Part shown: piece after piece, positions 46,797 through 48,398 of the stretch
Position numbering within the stretch: position 1 is the stretch's first letter
Layout of the letters: each line of letters opens with the position of its first letter
Assembly: GCA_046496815.1 (NCBI GenBank)
Contig: JAWOGN010000320.1
Location: 1 to 48,398, forward strand
Reading direction: 5' to 3'
Origin: Desulfatiglandaceae bacterium
GTDB lineage: Bacteria > Desulfobacterota > DSM-4660 > Desulfatiglandales > Desulfatiglandaceae
Length of the DNA: 48,398 bases
Made by a program: the position numbers and the translations under genes
Notes under the pieces: generated by a model
Database searches by the model: none
What the model was told of the DNA's origin: nothing
The model's input: the letters and a program-made list of their open reading frames with translations, nothing else

Positions 46797-47516
46797 ATGA
46801 AAAGCAAAATTAAATCAAATCGCATGAACCGTCGTGAATTTCTTTCCACCGCGATGGTCGGCTCAGCTGCGCTCGCCGGGACGGTGCTGGGCTTTCCAGT
46901 CGTTTCCAAGGGATCCGCCGCCATCGAACTTCCGTCGCTTCCCTACGCTTCAGATTCGCTGGAGCCTTACATTTCCAGCCGCACCATGAGCTTTCATTAC
47001 GGAAAGCATCATCGCGGTTATGTGAACAACATCAATGGCTTTATTAAGGGCACAGGCTTGGCCGAATACTCCCTTGAAAAGATTATAAAGACCAGCGCGG
47101 GGGACGCCTCAAAGGTTGCGGTCTTCAACAATGCGGCACAGGTATGGAACCACACCTTTTACTGGAAAAGCATGAAACCAAACGGGGGGGGAACGCCTAC
47201 CGGATTACTTGCTGGAGAAATCGCCTCGGCTTTTGGGAATTTCGAGAACTTCAAGGAGGAATTCGCGACCGCGGCAGCCACACAATTCGCCAGCGGCTGG
47301 GCATGGCTGGTAAAGGATGGAACAAAGCTCAAAGTGGTGAAGACCGGTAACGCGGATACACCGCTGGTCCATGAGCAGACACCGCTTCTCACTATCGATG
47401 TGTGGGAGCACGCCTACTATCTGGACTACCAAAACCGCCGAAAAGCTTACATCGAGGCGTTTTTGGCGCACTTGGTCAACTGGGATTTTGCCGCTGAAAA
47501 TTTCTCTCGAGTTTGA
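46797..47516 (+). CDS. Fe/Mn-family superoxide dismutase with a twin-arginine (Tat) signal peptide
   Basis: AAGGAGG RBS. Tat motif NRREFLSTAMVGSAALAG. SOD motifs FHYGKHHRGYV and DVWEHAYYLDYQNRR. Confidence 0.9.
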   Translation: MKSKIKSNRMNRREFLSTAMVGSAALAGTVLGFPVVSKGSAAIELPSLPYASDSLEPYISSRTMSFHYGKHHRGYVNNINGFIKGTGLAEYSLEKIIKTSAGDASKVAVFNNAAQVWNHTFYWKSMKPNGGGTPTGLLAGEIASAFGNFENFKEEFATAAATQFASGWAWLVKDGTKLKVVKTGNADTPLVHEQTPLLTIDVWEHAYYLDYQNRRKAYIEAFLAHLVNWDFAAENFSRV

Positions 47517-47521
47517 ACCGC

Positions 47522-47820
47522 CGTATCAATTTAGATTTTTGAAACACTGCGATAGGGGCCGTTGGGATCTCTTTCAGAAGACCGCAACCCCGATACATCG
47601 GGACACGTAGAACGCCCCCCATCCCGAAATAGGCGGCTCGGTAAAGGCAGAGAAGACCGAGGTTGCAACAGCGATTCCCTTCTGGGGCTGTCCTGGGTTG
47701 AGTTTTGAGGCCCAGCTGCCGTTCCATGGAGTGAGGGTGGGCTTTGCGGTCTTCTGAAAGAGATCCCAACGGCCCCTGTTGTTTTGCTCACGAGTTCTTT
47801 CAAAAATCTAAATTGATACG
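47522..47820. mobile_element. Complete copy of a MITE-like structured repeat element (299 bp)
   Basis: Arm 1: 47523-47544 gtatcaatttagatttttgaaa is exactly complementary to 47798-47819. Arm 2: 47555-47587 ggggccgttgggatctctttcagaagaccgcaa is exactly complementary to 47744-47776. The immediate flanks are aaccgc and aaccgg, a possible 5-bp target duplication AACCG. No ORF inside. Confidence 0.7.
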
Positions 47821-47995
47821 AACCGGCGAAGTTTTCATCTCTGGAACAATTCGGACGGAAAATGAAGCCAAAAAACCTGACGAAAAGATACTGGAGAATC
47901 AACTGGTCGAAGCGGACAGTCATACGCCTCGCATGCCCATCTTCCCCCGGGAAACCTTGGAGAAAAATCTCAACTCGATCTATACGGAGGACACT

Positions 47996-48398
47996 ATGGC
48001 CGAGACGGTAAATGTTAAGAACGTGGGCCTGCGAGGGGTAACCGTCGCGGACACCAAGGTGAGTTTCATAGACGGTGAGAAGGGTGTTCTCATTTACCGG
48101 GGATATCGAATTGAGGAACTCGCTCAAAGCGCATCCTTTATGGAGGTGGCGTATCTGCTCCTGAATGGTTCGCTGCCCCTTAAAAAAGAACTGACCGCCT
48201 TCATGACCCAGGTGACGGCAGCCAGAGAGGTTCCCCGGCATATTTACGAATGTTTCAAAAAATGGCCCAAGGATTCGAATCCCATGGATGTGCTTCAGGC
48301 AACGGTCCCCATGTTGGCCACGGTCGACCCGGATCTTCAGGATGAAACGAGAGCGGCCAATTTCAGGATGGCGACGCGGCTGATTGGGCGTTTGCCGG
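47996..48398 (+). CDS. gltA: Citrate synthase (5' part; runs off the window)
   Basis: ATG 47996 with GGAGG upstream. MAETVNVKNVGLRGVTVADTKVSFIDGEKGVLIYRGYRIEELA...EVAYLLLNGSLP is a classic citrate synthase N-terminus. It is missing from the ORF track because there is no stop within the window. Confidence 0.85.
   Translation, partial: MAETVNVKNVGLRGVTVADTKVSFIDGEKGVLIYRGYRIEELAQSASFMEVAYLLLNGSLPLKKELTAFMTQVTAAREVPRHIYECFKKWPKDSNPMDVLQATVPMLATVDPDLQDETRAANFRMATRLIGRLP

Noticed and set aside
47531-48241. 236-aa minus-strand ORF spanning the repeat element and the start of gltA
   Set aside because: It runs through the inverted-repeat element; the same peptide YQFRFLK appears on both strands because of the palindrome. 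It is also antisense to a textbook citrate synthase N-terminus.

Overview
This 48.4-kb window looks like a mostly housekeeping chromosomal segment of a Gram-negative anaerobe. A Desulfobacterota-like origin is plausible from gene content, but that is inference only. No database or structure searches were run. All calls rest on motifs read from the supplied translations and on my own reading of the DNA.

Gene content, left to right:
- A complete Tol-Pal cluster on the minus strand (ybgC-like remnant, tolQ, tolR, tolA, tolB, pal, cpoB).
- A Mo/W-cofactor cluster (mobB, a modE-like HTH gene, a moeA-PBP fusion, a second moeA).
- A signalling module (Hanks kinase, a 731-aa protein with a degenerate GGDEF domain, PilZ).
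- A J-domain protein.
- A gene-decay zone next to tRNA-Glu and tRNA-Lys.
- A lipoylation cluster (radical SAM, LplA-like ligase, GcvH).
- hisD, a NUDIX hydrolase, a GNAT acetyltransferase, uvrC, an M23 peptidase, secA, argJ, rdgB, yggS, a ttcA-like gene and a hybrid histidine kinase.
- A TCA block (mdh, sdhAB, aconitase, and the start of citrate synthase).
- A Tat-exported Fe/Mn SOD.

The leads I consider most worth a second look:
1. A HesB/IscA-like gene at 34037-34351 is interrupted by a single in-frame TGA exactly at the conserved GGGCSG cysteine. It is probably a selenoprotein that the ORF track split.
2. A dispersed structured repeat family that I cannot name. One complete 299-bp copy (47522-47820) has 22-nt and 33-nt perfect inverted arms and an apparent AACCG target duplication. 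There is a half copy at 17247-17405 and there are end fragments or a mini-hairpin in the unusually long tolB-pal spacer.
3. The kinase / I-site-only GGDEF / PilZ module.
4. A candidate Moco riboswitch leader in front of moeA.
5. sdhAB has no membrane anchor gene and is followed by collapsed gene remnants.

I found no CRISPR array, integrase, transposase or recognisable defence system.
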